From Candidatus Yanofskybacteria bacterium (GTDB lineage: Bacteria > Patescibacteriota > Minisyncoccia > 2-02-FULL-40-12 > GWA2-44-9), in NCBI GenBank assembly GCA_903830625.1, contig CAIKUK010000015.1, positions 37 through 64,036 on the forward strand: a DNA stretch of 64,000 bases. Direction: 5' to 3'. Made by a program: the position numbers and the translations under genes. The notes under the pieces are model-generated. The model saw only the letters and a list, made by a program, of their open reading frames with translations. It was not told the DNA's origin and searched no databases. Below, piece by piece: positions 27,876-40,911 of this stretch (positions are counted from its first letter, which is position 1; every line of letters starts with the position of its first letter).

Positions 27876-28399
27876 GTTTACCCCGCACCTATATCGGAGC
27901 CTTTCTTATAGCTATAGCCGGAATCATTTTCTGGACATTTTTGTTGCCAACCTATGACAATGTCATGGACCAACGCAATGCCTTAACTGAACGAGCCACT
28001 CTTCTAAACGACCGCCAGGCCATAATCAATAAAATTAATGACATGGCCAAAGAATATGCAACCAGGGCCACCGACATAACCCGTTTCACGTCTATCATCC
28101 CGGCTAAAAAAAGTGCGCCGGAACTGGTCTCATCCATTCAAGCTCTGGCTACTCAAAACGGCCTCCAACTCACAACTATTACTTTGAGCGGAAATTCAAA
28201 CCCAGAGGCCAACACCTACCAAAGACAACCCGTTGATCTCGGACTCAGTGGCAGTTATCTGGCCTTCAAATCTTTCTTAATGGCTCTGGAGAGAAATATC
28301 CGTCTGATTGATATTGTTTCTATAGACGCCAGTCCGACGGCTGAAAATTCTCCCATCATCGGTTTCCAGATTAAAGGCAACGCTTATTATATAAAATGA
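27872..28399 (+). CDS. pilO: Type IV pilus assembly protein PilO-like
   Basis: 175 aa with an N-terminal TM and a PilO-like C-terminal domain (VDLGLSGSYLAFKSFLMALERNIRL). The start overlaps the pilN stop. Confidence 0.55.
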   Translation: MSLPRTYIGAFLIAIAGIIFWTFLLPTYDNVMDQRNALTERATLLNDRQAIINKINDMAKEYATRATDITRFTSIIPAKKSAPELVSSIQALATQNGLQLTTITLSGNSNPEANTYQRQPVDLGLSGSYLAFKSFLMALERNIRLIDIVSIDASPTAENSPIIGFQIKGNAYYIK

Positions 28400-28671
28400 C
28401 GACCTCGCCATCATCTTCAAAACTTTATGTCGCCCTTATTGTCTTGGCCGGCTTAGTCGGCGGATATATCGCATACAGCCAATGGATTAAACCGTTCGAG
28501 GTCTCAACCCCGGCGCCTCTTATCAGTAACAAGGACGGTTTATCGGCTTTTAAAAACTTAAAAATAGATTTTAAAGTTTTGGACGACCCAGCTTACAAGA
28601 GTCTCATTACTTCCGGTGAATCGCCGGTCAACCCTGGCGTCACTGGCAAGAAAGATTTGTTTGCCCAGTAA
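28396..28671 (+). CDS. Small membrane-anchored pilus-operon protein (PilP-like?)
   Basis: 91 aa with an N-terminal TM. Translationally coupled to pilO (ATGA overlap). Confidence 0.4.
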   Translation: MTTSPSSSKLYVALIVLAGLVGGYIAYSQWIKPFEVSTPAPLISNKDGLSAFKNLKIDFKVLDDPAYKSLITSGESPVNPGVTGKKDLFAQ

Positions 28672-28710
28672 GCTTTTGTCCAGGAGTGTAGCGATTGGTT
28701 ACAAAAGCTT

Positions 28711-28747
28711 ACCCGCCTAAGTTTTACTTCGTAAAATTTGGGCGGGT
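28711..28747. repeat. Palindromic hairpin repeat, family A, copy 3 (ACCCGCCTAAGTTTTA-cttcg-TAAAATTTGGGCGGGT)
   Basis: Lies between the pilO-operon segment and pilB. May act as an internal terminator or attenuator. Confidence 0.75.
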
Positions 28748-28807
28748 GACAAGTTTCTAGCAACTCAGCGTCGCTATCAGATAGCTAGCTTCGTTGGGAA
28801 ACATCTC

Positions 28808-30562
28808 ATGCCCCAGCAAATACCCACCACCCTATTTCAGGAACTGATTAAGGCTAAAATTATTACGCCCGAACAGGGCGCTGGCATAGAAGCCACGGTC
28901 AAGAAAGAGGGGAAGGACTTGGGACGAATTTTAATCGAGCAAGGCATCATTTCCGATGATGATCTGGCCACGCTTAAATCAAAGCTCTATCGATTGCCAG
29001 TCATGCATCTGGCGGAAATTGAGCTTAGCCACGAAGCTCTCAAAGACGTCAGTGAAAGCGTGGTCAATTTTTACAAAATCACGCCTTTCGGCAAGGAAAA
29101 CTCAATCCTTAGGATTGGCATTATCAACCCGGAAGACGTTGAGGCTCTGGAAGCTCTGAAGTTCGTCGCCACGGACAAAGGCCTCACTCTTGAGAAATAT
29201 GTCATTAATTACAAAGATTTTGATGCTATCGTTCAAAACTACCGAACTCTTTCAGGAGAAGTAGGCCAGGCTATAGAATCTCTAAACGATGAGTTTGATA
29301 AAAAAGTTACCGCTGCACCAGGTCAAAGCCTAGAAGAAATTACCGCCGAAGCGCCGGTGACCAAGATTGTCGCCGTTATTATCAGGCACGCCGTCGATTC
29401 GCGAGCTTCAGATATTCATATTGAACCCTTTGAAGACCGGGTCCGCGTTAGATTTCGTATTGATGGCATTCTGGTTATTGCCCTCACCCTTCCCAAGAAC
29501 TTAGCCCCGGCAGTAGTGACGCGCATTAAGATTCTTTCCGACTTAAAAATAGATGAAACTCGTCTGGCCCAAGACGGCCGTTTCTCCACCCGCCTCAATG
29601 AACGCAAAGTGGACTTTCGTGTTTCGACGTTCCCGACCAAAAACGGAGAAAAAGTGGTCATGCGTATTTTGGACCCGTTGTCAGGTTCAATCGAATTACC
29701 TGATCTTGGCTTGGATGGCAGAAATTTGGAAGTGATCGTCCGGGCTATGGCCAAACCATTCGGTTCAATTCTGATTACCGGCCCGACCGGTTCCGGAAAA
29801 TCAACTACCTTGGCCGGCATGCTTAAGCGTATTAATACCGACGACCTGAACATCGTTACCCTGGAAGATCCGATTGAATATTATGTCGACGGCGTGAACC
29901 AATCTCAAATCCACGAAGAAATCGGCTATACGTTCGCTTCTGGGTTGCGCCATATTCTCCGCCAAGACCCTGACGTGATTATGGTCGGAGAAATTCGAGA
30001 CAAAGAAACAGCCTCTTTGGCCACTCAAGCCGCTTTAACCGGCCACATCGTGCTTTCCACTCTTCACACCAATGATGCCATCGGCGTGGTACCCCGTCTC
30101 GTGGATATGGGCGTAGAAAATTATCTTATTCCATCAACCTTAAATGTCGCTGCTGCTCAGCGTTTGCTCCGCCGATTATGCGCCGATTGCAAGCTTCAAA
30201 CCAAAGCCAATCCGGCCGAGACGGTGATTATTGAAACCGCCTTAAAAGACATGCCCATTTCTTATCAAAAAGAGTTTCTGTCTAAAGACGGCTACACTAT
30301 CTATAAACCCAACCTGGAAAACCCGTGCAAACAATGCGGCGGCAAGGCCTTTAAGGGCCGGCTCGGTATTTTTGAAATGCTTGAAATGACGACAGAATTC
30401 GAAAAAATAATTCTGGGTAATATATCCGAATCAGCGATGCGGGAAGAAGCCAAGCGTCAAGAGATGATTACCATGTATCAGGACGGTATCTTAAAAGTCT
30501 TAAGGGGGATTGTCTCGCTGGAAGAATTATTGGAAGTGGCCCAAGCCGGGGAGAGCGCTTAA
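28808..30562 (+). CDS. pilB: Type IV pilus assembly ATPase PilB (GspE family)
   Basis: 584 aa. Walker A ITGPTGSGKSTTL, the GspE N-terminal domain and a C-terminal tetracysteine motif. Confidence 0.85.
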   Translation: MPQQIPTTLFQELIKAKIITPEQGAGIEATVKKEGKDLGRILIEQGIISDDDLATLKSKLYRLPVMHLAEIELSHEALKDVSESVVNFYKITPFGKENSILRIGIINPEDVEALEALKFVATDKGLTLEKYVINYKDFDAIVQNYRTLSGEVGQAIESLNDEFDKKVTAAPGQSLEEITAEAPVTKIVAVIIRHAVDSRASDIHIEPFEDRVRVRFRIDGILVIALTLPKNLAPAVVTRIKILSDLKIDETRLAQDGRFSTRLNERKVDFRVSTFPTKNGEKVVMRILDPLSGSIELPDLGLDGRNLEVIVRAMAKPFGSILITGPTGSGKSTTLAGMLKRINTDDLNIVTLEDPIEYYVDGVNQSQIHEEIGYTFASGLRHILRQDPDVIMVGEIRDKETASLATQAALTGHIVLSTLHTNDAIGVVPRLVDMGVENYLIPSTLNVAAAQRLLRRLCADCKLQTKANPAETVIIETALKDMPISYQKEFLSKDGYTIYKPNLENPCKQCGGKAFKGRLGIFEMLEMTTEFEKIILGNISESAMREEAKRQEMITMYQDGILKVLRGIVSLEELLEVAQAGESA

Positions 30563-30575
30563 CCGAATCTGTATT

Positions 30576-31646
30576 ATGGAAAATCCTCAAAAATATATCG
30601 AAGAACTCCTCACTGTGGCTGCCCAAAACGGCGCTTCAGATTTGCATCTTTCTCCATCAGCTTATCCGACACTTCGCGTAGACAGCCGGTTAGTGCCTCT
30701 TATAAACTACGGCATTTTGAGTACAGAAACACTAAAAGAAGTCATTTCTACCATTCTTGGCCCTGAACGCCAGACCCGCTTCCTTTCGGAAAAAGAAGTC
30801 GACTTCTCGATTGAAATTAACGGGAGCCGATATCGCGCCAATGTTTACCAGTCCCGAGGCTCGTACGCGGCCACACTCCGGCTTATTCCAGAACAGATTA
30901 AAACCTTGGCTGAACTCAACCTGCCGCCGATACTGAATATTTTTACCAAACTTTCACAAGGGTTTGTGCTAGTGGTCGGGCCTAATGGCCAAGGCAAATC
31001 AACCACTTTGGCCAGCCTTTTAAACACCGTCAACAGAGAACGGGGCGAGAAGATTATTACGATCGAAGACCCGATTGAGTATATCTTCACGCCGGAAAAA
31101 AGCATTGTTGACCAACGGGAAGTTTATCAAGACACGCTTTCTTTCAGTAAGGCCATCCGCTCTTCGCTTCGGGAAAATGTCAACGTGTTAATGATCGGCG
31201 ACATGAGAGATTATGAAACTATGAGCGCCGCCGCCACCGCCGCCGAGACCGGCCACTTGGTCTTCTCTAGTCTTCACACTAACAGCGCTTCTCAAACCAT
31301 TGAACGGATTATCGATGCTTTCCCACCCAGCCAGCAACCCCAGATCCGCAACCAGCTCGCCTCGACTATTTCCGGTATTATTTCCCAGCGCCTGGTGCCT
31401 CGGATTCAGGGCGGTCTCGTCCCGGCGGTAGAAATTCTGATCGCCACTGCCGCCGTCCGGGCTCTTATCCGGGATAATAAACCCAGACAACTCGATCAGA
31501 CCATTGAGACTAATCAGAATATTGGTATGATATCTATGGATAAATCATTAGCCGATTTAGTCAGACGAAAAGAAATCAGCCTTGAGCGAGCCGAATTTTA
31601 CTCGATAAACCCGGATAATTTACGTAATCACAATCATGGAATATAA
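30576..31646 (+). CDS. pilT: Twitching motility ATPase PilT
   Basis: Start at MENPQKYIEELL. Walker A VVGPNGQGKSTTL. ~357 aa, PilT-sized. Confidence 0.8.
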   Translation: MENPQKYIEELLTVAAQNGASDLHLSPSAYPTLRVDSRLVPLINYGILSTETLKEVISTILGPERQTRFLSEKEVDFSIEINGSRYRANVYQSRGSYAATLRLIPEQIKTLAELNLPPILNIFTKLSQGFVLVVGPNGQGKSTTLASLLNTVNRERGEKIITIEDPIEYIFTPEKSIVDQREVYQDTLSFSKAIRSSLRENVNVLMIGDMRDYETMSAAATAAETGHLVFSSLHTNSASQTIERIIDAFPPSQQPQIRNQLASTISGIISQRLVPRIQGGLVPAVEILIATAAVRALIRDNKPRQLDQTIETNQNIGMISMDKSLADLVRRKEISLERAEFYSINPDNLRNHNHGI

Positions 31647-32844
31647 ATATCAAGCTAAAAATACCGTCAACCAGATTGTGGAGGGGATAATAGACGCTCC
31701 TTCTCAAGATGAAGCTGTTTCAATCCTCCACAATAAACAGCTGGTGGTTTTATCACTAACGATTCTTAAGAAAGATGTGCTTTCCAAAGACCTGAACCAA
31801 GTTCTTTCAAGAATAAAAACAAAAGATATTGTTGTCTTTACGCGCCAGCTTTCCACTCTCATTGAAGCCGACATGCCTCTGGCCGAAGGTCTGCGCACCC
31901 TGGCTCAACAAACCGAGAAACCTGGATTAAAGAAAATCGTCATGGACGTCGCTCAAAGCGTCGAAGGCGGATCATCGCTTTCGGCGGCCCTGGGCGATCA
32001 CCCCAAAGTATTCACCACCTTTTTTGTTAAACTTGTCCAAGCAGGAGAAGCTTCGGGTAAACTCCAAGGTTCATTATCTTATCTCGCCGATTATCTGGAA
32101 CGCAGCCAGAGTATTAACTCCAAAATCCGGGGGGCATTGGTTTATCCGGCTTTCGTGGTTTCCGCGCTGATTATTGTCGCGCTGATTATGGGTATTTATG
32201 TCTTGCCTCAATTACTCAGCGTTTTCGAAGATTCGGGTGTCACTAATTTACCTTTTACCACCCGCATGCTTATGGCTGGAACAGCCTTTCTTAATGATTA
32301 CCTCTATTATATCTTGGCAGTTTTGATTATTGGCGGATTCCTTATCACTCGATTTTTGAGAACACCCCGAGGCAAGATCTGGCGGGATAACTTTTTGGTT
32401 AACATGCCTTCTCTCGGAAAAGTTGTTCAGAATCTTTATCTGGCCCGCATGGCCGAAAGCCTGTCCACGCTCATTAAATCTGGATTGCCGATTCTCGACG
32501 CTTTGAGAATAACGGCCGACCTGGTCGGCAACGAGAATTACCGAGTAATCATTCTGGCCTCTGAAGAAAATGTCCGCAGTGGGGGCAGTATCTCCGAAAT
32601 TCTTAGTCAGCATAAAGAAATGCCGGCATTATTCAGCTCGATGGTGGCCATCGGGGAGCGGACCGGCAAACTCGACTACATGCTCGAGCATATTTCTAAG
32701 TTTTATAAATCCGAATCGGAAACGGCTATCGGCAGTATCACTCAGCTTATTGAACCGATTTTGGTGTTGGTTCTCGGATTTGCGGTGGCTATTCTTGTTT
32801 CAAGCATCCTTTTGCCGATTTACAGTCTGGTCGGATCCGGCTAA
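31636..32844 (+). CDS. pilC: Type IV pilus inner-membrane platform protein PilC (GspF family)
   Basis: 402 aa with two GspF repeats and three TM segments. Confidence 0.8.
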   Translation: MEYKYQAKNTVNQIVEGIIDAPSQDEAVSILHNKQLVVLSLTILKKDVLSKDLNQVLSRIKTKDIVVFTRQLSTLIEADMPLAEGLRTLAQQTEKPGLKKIVMDVAQSVEGGSSLSAALGDHPKVFTTFFVKLVQAGEASGKLQGSLSYLADYLERSQSINSKIRGALVYPAFVVSALIIVALIMGIYVLPQLLSVFEDSGVTNLPFTTRMLMAGTAFLNDYLYYILAVLIIGGFLITRFLRTPRGKIWRDNFLVNMPSLGKVVQNLYLARMAESLSTLIKSGLPILDALRITADLVGNENYRVIILASEENVRSGGSISEILSQHKEMPALFSSMVAIGERTGKLDYMLEHISKFYKSESETAIGSITQLIEPILVLVLGFAVAILVSSILLPIYSLVGSG

Positions 32845-32927
32845 GACCAATCTTAGTGTTGATATCTAAGCTTGTACTCTTTGAAACGTGTCATATAATG
32901 AAGGCAATAAATTAAGCAAACTCATCC

Positions 32928-33461
32928 GTGTTTACTAAAAAATCGTTTCGTCTCTCCCGAGGTTTTACCTTGGTTGAGTTGCTCGTGGTTATCGCCATTA
33001 TCGGTGTTCTAGCCACTTTGCTCCTCTTACAGCTCAACGTGGCCCGTCAGCGCGCTCGCGATGCCAAACGTATTGCTGATGTTAACCAAATCCGAACTTC
33101 AGCCGAACTCTATTTCGATGATAATGGACACTACCCAGCTGAAAGCATGGCCGTCATGAAAACAGATGTTAAGGTTGTGCCAAGATATTTAGTTCATATG
33201 CCAGTAGACCCACTCAGTGGCAGCGACTATGGATACGACTATTCGGGAACTGATTTGACTAAGCCGACAAAATTCCAAGTCTGGGCCAAACTTGAGCAGG
33301 GAGCACAAGCCTTAAAATCTGACAGTGATATTAATTCGACTGGCTGGAGCGGAGTCCTGCCTAGTAGCAATGGCGGGCTTGATACCGGTGTTGATAATGA
33401 CGGTGCCGGTTGTCCGACTGTTACTCCTTCTGACTGTATTTACGACCAGGGTCAACAATAA
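32928..33461 (+). CDS. pilA: Type IV pilin (probable major pilin)
   Basis: GTG start. Leader [12 protein letters not shown] followed by [21 protein letters not shown] (class III signal with E5). Followed by a strong terminator. Confidence 0.75.
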   Translation: MFTKKSFRLSRGFTLVELLVVIAIIGVLATLLLLQLNVARQRARDAKRIADVNQIRTSAELYFDDNGHYPAESMAVMKTDVKVVPRYLVHMPVDPLSGSDYGYDYSGTDLTKPTKFQVWAKLEQGAQALKSDSDINSTGWSGVLPSSNGGLDTGVDNDGAGCPTVTPSDCIYDQGQQ

Positions 33462-33473
33462 ATCATATTCTAA

Positions 33474-33503
33474 AAACCCCCGCGGAAGCGGGGGTTTTGT
33501 GTT
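33474..33503 (+). terminator. Rho-independent terminator after the pilin gene
   Basis: AAAAACCCCCGC-ggaa-GCGGGGGTTTTGTG. Confidence 0.7.
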
Positions 33504-33516
33504 AAGATAGATATTA

Positions 33517-34269
33517 ATGAATTCGGCAATCATTCTTTCTGTTATTGGCGGATTGATTTGGGGCAGTTTTTTAAACGTGCTCCTGTGGCGCTTGCCCGAA
33601 GAGAAGAGTATCGGCGGACGATCCCATTGCCGGGATTGCCACCATCTTCTGGCTTGGTACGACCTAATCCCAGTCTTAAGTTTTATCGTCCTTAAAGGCC
33701 GATGCCGGTATTGCCATACTCCAATTCATATTAGATACCCAGTAGTTGAAATCAGTACCGCTACTGTGCTGGCCCTTTTTTTCGCCGTTCGCCAGCCATT
33801 ATTAGGCCTTGAAGTAGTCATGACTGTGTTCGCACTCCTGATTTTAACTAGCCTGTTCTTTTTTGACTTATTCTATTTAGTTCTCCCTGATGTATTAATT
33901 TTCCCGGCCATTATAGTTTATGCGATTTACGACCTGATTAAAGCTGTCAACCCGTTTTCATACTTCTTAACCGCATTACTTTCGGCCGGTCTTTTTGCTA
34001 TACTTTACACAGTATCCCGTGGCAAAAAAATGGGCTTTGGCGATGTAAAATTGGCAATTTTAATAGGCTTGATTCTGGGATATCCATTTGGATTCTTGGC
34101 CATTGTCGGAGGTGTGTGGCTAGCGGCCATTGTCTCTATCATTCTTCTGGCCCTGAAAAAGGCCGCGCTTCAAGATGCCATTCCATTAGGTTCGTTTCTT
34201 GCTCTGGCCACCATTCTTTCTATTATTTTTTATCATGAAATACTTCCATTGGCTAAATTTTTCCAATAG
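33517..34269 (+). CDS. pilD: Prepilin peptidase PilD (A24 family)
   Basis: N-terminal Zn-binding CRDCHH...CRYCH and the catalytic region GFGDVKLAILIGLILG. Confidence 0.8.
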   Translation: MNSAIILSVIGGLIWGSFLNVLLWRLPEEKSIGGRSHCRDCHHLLAWYDLIPVLSFIVLKGRCRYCHTPIHIRYPVVEISTATVLALFFAVRQPLLGLEVVMTVFALLILTSLFFFDLFYLVLPDVLIFPAIIVYAIYDLIKAVNPFSYFLTALLSAGLFAILYTVSRGKKMGFGDVKLAILIGLILGYPFGFLAIVGGVWLAAIVSIILLALKKAALQDAIPLGSFLALATILSIIFYHEILPLAKFFQ

Positions 34270-34813
34270 TTCCAGCCTGCATAGGCAGACGGGATTTACA
34301 CTGGTCGAAATGAGTGTGGTCGCGGCAATTATTGGATTTTTAAGTACGGCACTCATTATTAATTTTTCCCGGACCAGAATTGATATCGACCAGAGCGCCA
34401 ATTTGATTATGGCGGCTGTTCGCGAAGCCCAGACCAAAGCTGTTTCTAGTACTCTCTATGCCGGTTATAATCCTTGTGGTTACGGCCTTCATTATGTTTC
34501 ACCGACTCAATTTATCATCTATGTCGGCCAAGACGCATCGACCGTGGTCTGTTCGAGTATTGCCAATAAAAATTATCAAGCCGGAAGAGACGCCCTACTC
34601 GGAATCCAATCATTCAGTGACCCTAATATACAATTCACCGCGCCATTCAACGATATTTTCTTTCTGCCCCCTAATCCAAAAACGTACCTGAACAACAACG
34701 CCTCGCTCAATCAACCCCCAATTACTATCCAAATCAGATCCATCGGCGGAGTTTGCCCTCAAAATTGCCGGACAGTCTATGTTTATCCGTCAGGGAAAAT
34801 TGAAGTCCAATAA
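34235..34813 (+). CDS. Pseudopilin / minor pilin 1
   Basis: GFTLVEMSVVAAIIGFLSTALII class III signal. The start is taken at MKYFH and overlaps the pilD end. Confidence 0.6.
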   Translation: MKYFHWLNFSNSSSLHRQTGFTLVEMSVVAAIIGFLSTALIINFSRTRIDIDQSANLIMAAVREAQTKAVSSTLYAGYNPCGYGLHYVSPTQFIIYVGQDASTVVCSSIANKNYQAGRDALLGIQSFSDPNIQFTAPFNDIFFLPPNPKTYLNNNASLNQPPITIQIRSIGGVCPQNCRTVYVYPSGKIEVQ

Positions 34814-35298
34814 TGTTTAAATTTTTAAATAATCAAAAGGGATTTACTCTAGTCGAGACACTTGTCTCGCTAGTTATTTTAACTGTGGCTCTTATTCCGA
34901 TTCTTAATCTTTCCACCAGCGCCGCCAGGGTCAGCGCAACAGTTCAAGATAACCTGGTGGCCTCCGGGCTGGCTCAGGAGGGGATAGAGGTTATCCGGGC
35001 GGTGCGCGACACCAATTGGTTCAATAACCGGGCTTTCGATTTTGGTTTAAGTAACGGCGATTACCGAGTGGAGTGGAATTCGACAGTCTTGCTTTCGCTT
35101 GGCAGCAATCCTGCCCTTAATCTAAATAACGGACAATATACTTACTCGGGCGGGACACCCTCTAAATTCAGCCGGACCATCACGATTACAAAAGTTAATG
35201 CGGGCGAATTAAAGGTTGTCAGTCAAATCAATTGGCTGGGACGGTCTAACGATGCCAAGTCCATCACGGCCGAAGATCATTTGTTTAATTGGAGATAA
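34813..35298 (+). CDS. Pseudopilin / minor pilin 2 (PilV/GspI-like)
   Basis: MFKFLNNQKG followed by FTLVETLVSLVILTVAL. Confidence 0.65.
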   Translation: MFKFLNNQKGFTLVETLVSLVILTVALIPILNLSTSAARVSATVQDNLVASGLAQEGIEVIRAVRDTNWFNNRAFDFGLSNGDYRVEWNSTVLLSLGSNPALNLNNGQYTYSGGTPSKFSRTITITKVNAGELKVVSQINWLGRSNDAKSITAEDHLFNWR

Positions 35299-35796
35299 TG
35301 TCTAGAAATTTAAATTCCCAAAAAGGATTCACTTTGGTCGAGGTTATCATATCGGCTTTTGTTTTTTCTATCATCGCTATTGTCGTAAGCGGATTGTTCG
35401 TCCAAATTTTAGCCCTGGAACGCCGAGCTTTTGCCTCCCAAAAAATTCAAGAGAACGGTCTTTTTATCATGGAACTGATGTCGCGCGAAATTCGCGTCAG
35501 CCAAATCCAAAATCAAGATTCTTTGAATTGCACTGCCACTTCACTGTCCATTATTCACCCCGTTAACGGCCCAGTGGTCTACTCGTTGAACAATGGCGTT
35601 CTCCAACGCACCGCGGAAGGCGTGGTTACCGATCTAAGTTCATCTACGGTCGCATTTTCACGATTGAATTTCTGTGTTATGGGTTCGGGACCAGCTGATG
35701 CCCAGCAGGCCAGAGTAGCTATTCTGGCTTCTATTCAAAATAAAACCGGCCGAGAAATATTAACCACTAGTTTTGAGACCACAGTCTCTTCCCGCG

Positions 35797-35816
<20 letters not shown>
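35298..35816 (+). CDS. Pseudopilin / minor pilin 3 (PilW/GspJ-like)
   Basis: MSRNLNSQKG followed by FTLVEVIISAFVFSIIAIV. Confidence 0.65.
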
Positions 35817-38236
<2,420 letters not shown>

Positions 38237-38254
38237 TCATGCTAATTTAATCAG

Positions 38255-38557
38255 ATGCTATCCGATAAAGAACTGGACCATATTGCTAAACTGGCGAGAG
38301 TAAACGTGGCCCCTGAGAAAAGAGAAACGCTGAAGAAAGACCTTTCGGCGATTTTGGATTACATGGAAAAACTGAACAAAGTTGACACCAGTTCTGTGGA
38401 ACCGCTTTATCAGACGACGGGATTGGTAAACGCCACTCGAAGCGATGAACCGCGCCAAGAATTTCCGATGACCGAAAAATTGGAAGAATTATTGATCGGC
38501 CAAGCGCCGGCTCGCAAAGAAAGATTTGTGAAAGTTAAATCCATTCTTAAGAAATGA
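38255..38557 (+). CDS. gatC: Glutamyl/aspartyl-tRNA amidotransferase subunit C
   Basis: 100 aa. [15 protein letters not shown]...[13 protein letters not shown], typical of GatC. Confidence 0.8.
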   Translation: MLSDKELDHIAKLARVNVAPEKRETLKKDLSAILDYMEKLNKVDTSSVEPLYQTTGLVNATRSDEPRQEFPMTEKLEELLIGQAPARKERFVKVKSILKK

Positions 38558-39966
38558 TCCCCGAAAACCTGACTATTGTAAAAGCCCGAGCCGGCCTCAA
38601 CCGAGGCGATTTTTCGGCGGAAGAATTATTTTCCCATTACCATAAAAAGATCCAGGAAAAGAACGAAGAGATTTTTGCTTACTTAACTCCTTTTAATGAA
38701 CCGGGTCCGATAACCAAAGAGGGGGCTTTAGCTGGCATACCCTGCGCTATCAAAGATAATATGCTCATTGAAGGCACCCGCACGACTGCCGGTTCTAAAA
38801 TTCTGGAAAATTATATCGCTTCCTATACCGCCACCGCCGTCACTAAATTAAAAAAGGCCGGCGCTCTGATTTTGGGCAAAACAAACCTGGACGAATTCGC
38901 CATGGGCAGTTCCACTGAGAATTCGGCTTACGGCCCGACCAAAAATCCGCTGGATACTACCCGTATCCCGGGCGGTTCTTCCGGCGGTTCGGCCGCGGCT
39001 GTGGCCGGGGATTTAGCTGTCTTTGCTTTAGGTTCCGATACTGGCGGTTCTATCCGCCAGCCGGCGGCGATGTGCGGTATTGTCGGACTAAAACCAACTT
39101 ATGGCCGAGTTTCGCGACACGGTTTGATTGCTATGGCTTCATCGTTTGATCAGATTGGCCCGCTAACCAAAACCGTGGAAGATGCGGCTATTGTTTTAAA
39201 CGAGCTCTGTGACCACGATATTTTTGATTCCACGACGGTCAACAATGAAGTGCCAGATTTTACCACCACTCTTAATGATTCCATCAAAGGTTTGACCGTC
39301 GGCGTGCCGAAAGAATTTTTCGGCACCGGACTTTCAGCCGAAGTTGAAGAGCGAGTAAAATCAGGCATTGCTAAACTAAAGGAGCTCGGCTGTAAAATTA
39401 AAGAAATATCTCTGCCGAACTTTGAATACGCTCTGGCCGCTTATTATATTGCCGTGCCCAGTGAAATCTCGGCTAACTTGGCGCGCTTTGACGGTATCCG
39501 TTATGGCCATTCGGTTCAAAATGGCGAAAACCTGATTGACACCTATTTTAAATCCCGCACCGAGGGTCTGGGGCCAGAACCGGTTCGCCGGATTATGCTC
39601 GGCGCTTATGCCTTATCATCCGGTTACTATGACACTTATTATTTGAAAGCCCAAAAAGTCCGCGCGCTTATTAAAAAAGATTTTGATGAGGCGTTTAAAA
39701 AAGTTGATGTTATTGTCGGACCGACAGCACCCCACACCGCTTTCAAGATAGGGGAGAAGGTTTCCGACCCATTAGCGTTATACTTAGAGGATATTTATAC
39801 CGTGCCCTTGAATCTGGCCGGACTGCCAGGCATCTCGATTCCTTGTGGTTTAGGTTCAGTCAGTAAAATGCCAGTTGGATTACAGATTATCGGCAAACCA
39901 TTTGATGAATCCACCCTATTACGTGTCGCGCATCAACTTGAACAAGCTTTGAAATCCCGCACATAA
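38554..39966 (+). CDS. gatA: Glutamyl/aspartyl-tRNA amidotransferase subunit A (amidase)
   Basis: Amidase signature [12 protein letters not shown] and Ser-cisSer-Lys region. 470 aa. Confidence 0.85.
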   Translation: MIPENLTIVKARAGLNRGDFSAEELFSHYHKKIQEKNEEIFAYLTPFNEPGPITKEGALAGIPCAIKDNMLIEGTRTTAGSKILENYIASYTATAVTKLKKAGALILGKTNLDEFAMGSSTENSAYGPTKNPLDTTRIPGGSSGGSAAAVAGDLAVFALGSDTGGSIRQPAAMCGIVGLKPTYGRVSRHGLIAMASSFDQIGPLTKTVEDAAIVLNELCDHDIFDSTTVNNEVPDFTTTLNDSIKGLTVGVPKEFFGTGLSAEVEERVKSGIAKLKELGCKIKEISLPNFEYALAAYYIAVPSEISANLARFDGIRYGHSVQNGENLIDTYFKSRTEGLGPEPVRRIMLGAYALSSGYYDTYYLKAQKVRALIKKDFDEAFKKVDVIVGPTAPHTAFKIGEKVSDPLALYLEDIYTVPLNLAGLPGISIPCGLGSVSKMPVGLQIIGKPFDESTLLRVAHQLEQALKSRT

Positions 39967-39975
39967 ACGCTATAT

Positions 39976-40161
39976 ATGTTCCATGTATATGTGTTAAAGA
40001 GTGTAAAATTTGATAAGCTATACATCGGGATTACGGATAATATTCGACGAAGGGTATTGGAACATAACTCAGGCGTCTCTAAATCTACGAAGAAGTATAC
40101 GCCGTGGAGATTGGTGTACTACGAAACTTACTTGTCAGAAAAAGATGCACGAAATAGATAA
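39976..40161 (+). CDS. GIY-YIG nuclease family protein (short, 61 aa)
   Basis: FHVYVLKS...KLYIGITDNIRRRVLEHNSG contains the GIY, YIG, R and EHN motifs. It terminates earlier than typical ~90 aa members. Confidence 0.6.
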   Translation: MFHVYVLKSVKFDKLYIGITDNIRRRVLEHNSGVSKSTKKYTPWRLVYYETYLSEKDARNR

Positions 40162-40235
40162 TTAAAGTTAAAACACTATGGACAGACTTTTCGACGTCTC
40201 AAGGAACGCTTGACGGAAAGCCTGGGATAGCGTTT

Positions 40236-40823
40236 ATGTGCGGGATGGACCAAATCTATAACCAATTTCTATTCGCGCTCTATCAATGGACTTCTGGTCA
40301 AGTCGGTAGTTTTAATATGGCCGATATCGCTGTTAATTTCCAGAATGCCTTTCTAGATTCTCCATTAGTTCATTTTATTGAAGTTTTCTCGGCGATTATC
40401 ACGATTGTTTTTGGCGCTGCCGCCGTTTACTTAGTGATTAAGCGCAAAGAATTTGATGAAAAAATAGCCAGCCAAGAAGTCGTACCGGCTCAAGCCGTCG
40501 GCGGTAGTCCGTTGAAAGACCAGTGGAATGATATTCTGCGCCATATTGATTCTATCCATGAAGGCGAATGGAAGTTTGCCGTGATTGAAGCCGACACCAT
40601 CGTGGATAATGTTTTAAAAAATTATTTCCCGGGCGACACGATGGGGGATCGCCTGATGAATATCGATAAAACCAAACTCCTGTCCATTGATGACCTCTGG
40701 GAAGCTCACAAGATCCGCAACCATTTGGCTCACGATCCCAATTATTTTCTCCGCCATGCCGAAGCTCTCCGCGCAGTCCGCCTTTTTGAATCCACTCTCA
40801 AAGAACTCGGGATATTAGAGTAA
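40236..40823 (+). CDS. Hypothetical membrane-anchored protein with HEPN-like R-x4-H motif
   Basis: One TM (VHFIEVFSAIITIVFGAAAVYLVI). The C-terminal helical domain contains KIRNHLAHDPNYF. Family uncertain. Confidence 0.35.
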   Translation: MCGMDQIYNQFLFALYQWTSGQVGSFNMADIAVNFQNAFLDSPLVHFIEVFSAIITIVFGAAAVYLVIKRKEFDEKIASQEVVPAQAVGGSPLKDQWNDILRHIDSIHEGEWKFAVIEADTIVDNVLKNYFPGDTMGDRLMNIDKTKLLSIDDLWEAHKIRNHLAHDPNYFLRHAEALRAVRLFESTLKELGILE

Positions 40824-40829
40824 GATAAA

Positions 40830-40880
40830 ACGCCAGCAGTTGTACCGGGTAGGGCAACTGGCTGGCGTTTTCCGGAATTT
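40830..40880. terminator. Convergent-gene terminator hairpin
   Basis: AAAACGCCAGC...GCTGGCGTTTT with an inner stem, between the 40236 (+) and 40912 (-) genes. Confidence 0.45.
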
Positions 40881-40911
40881 CTTCCGGGAAAGGATTGGGA
40901 CATTGGGCCTC

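Noticed and set aside
29416-29853. 145-aa minus-strand ORF and other ORFs antisense to pilB/pilT/pilC
   Set aside because: Entirely embedded antisense in high-confidence ATPase and platform genes.
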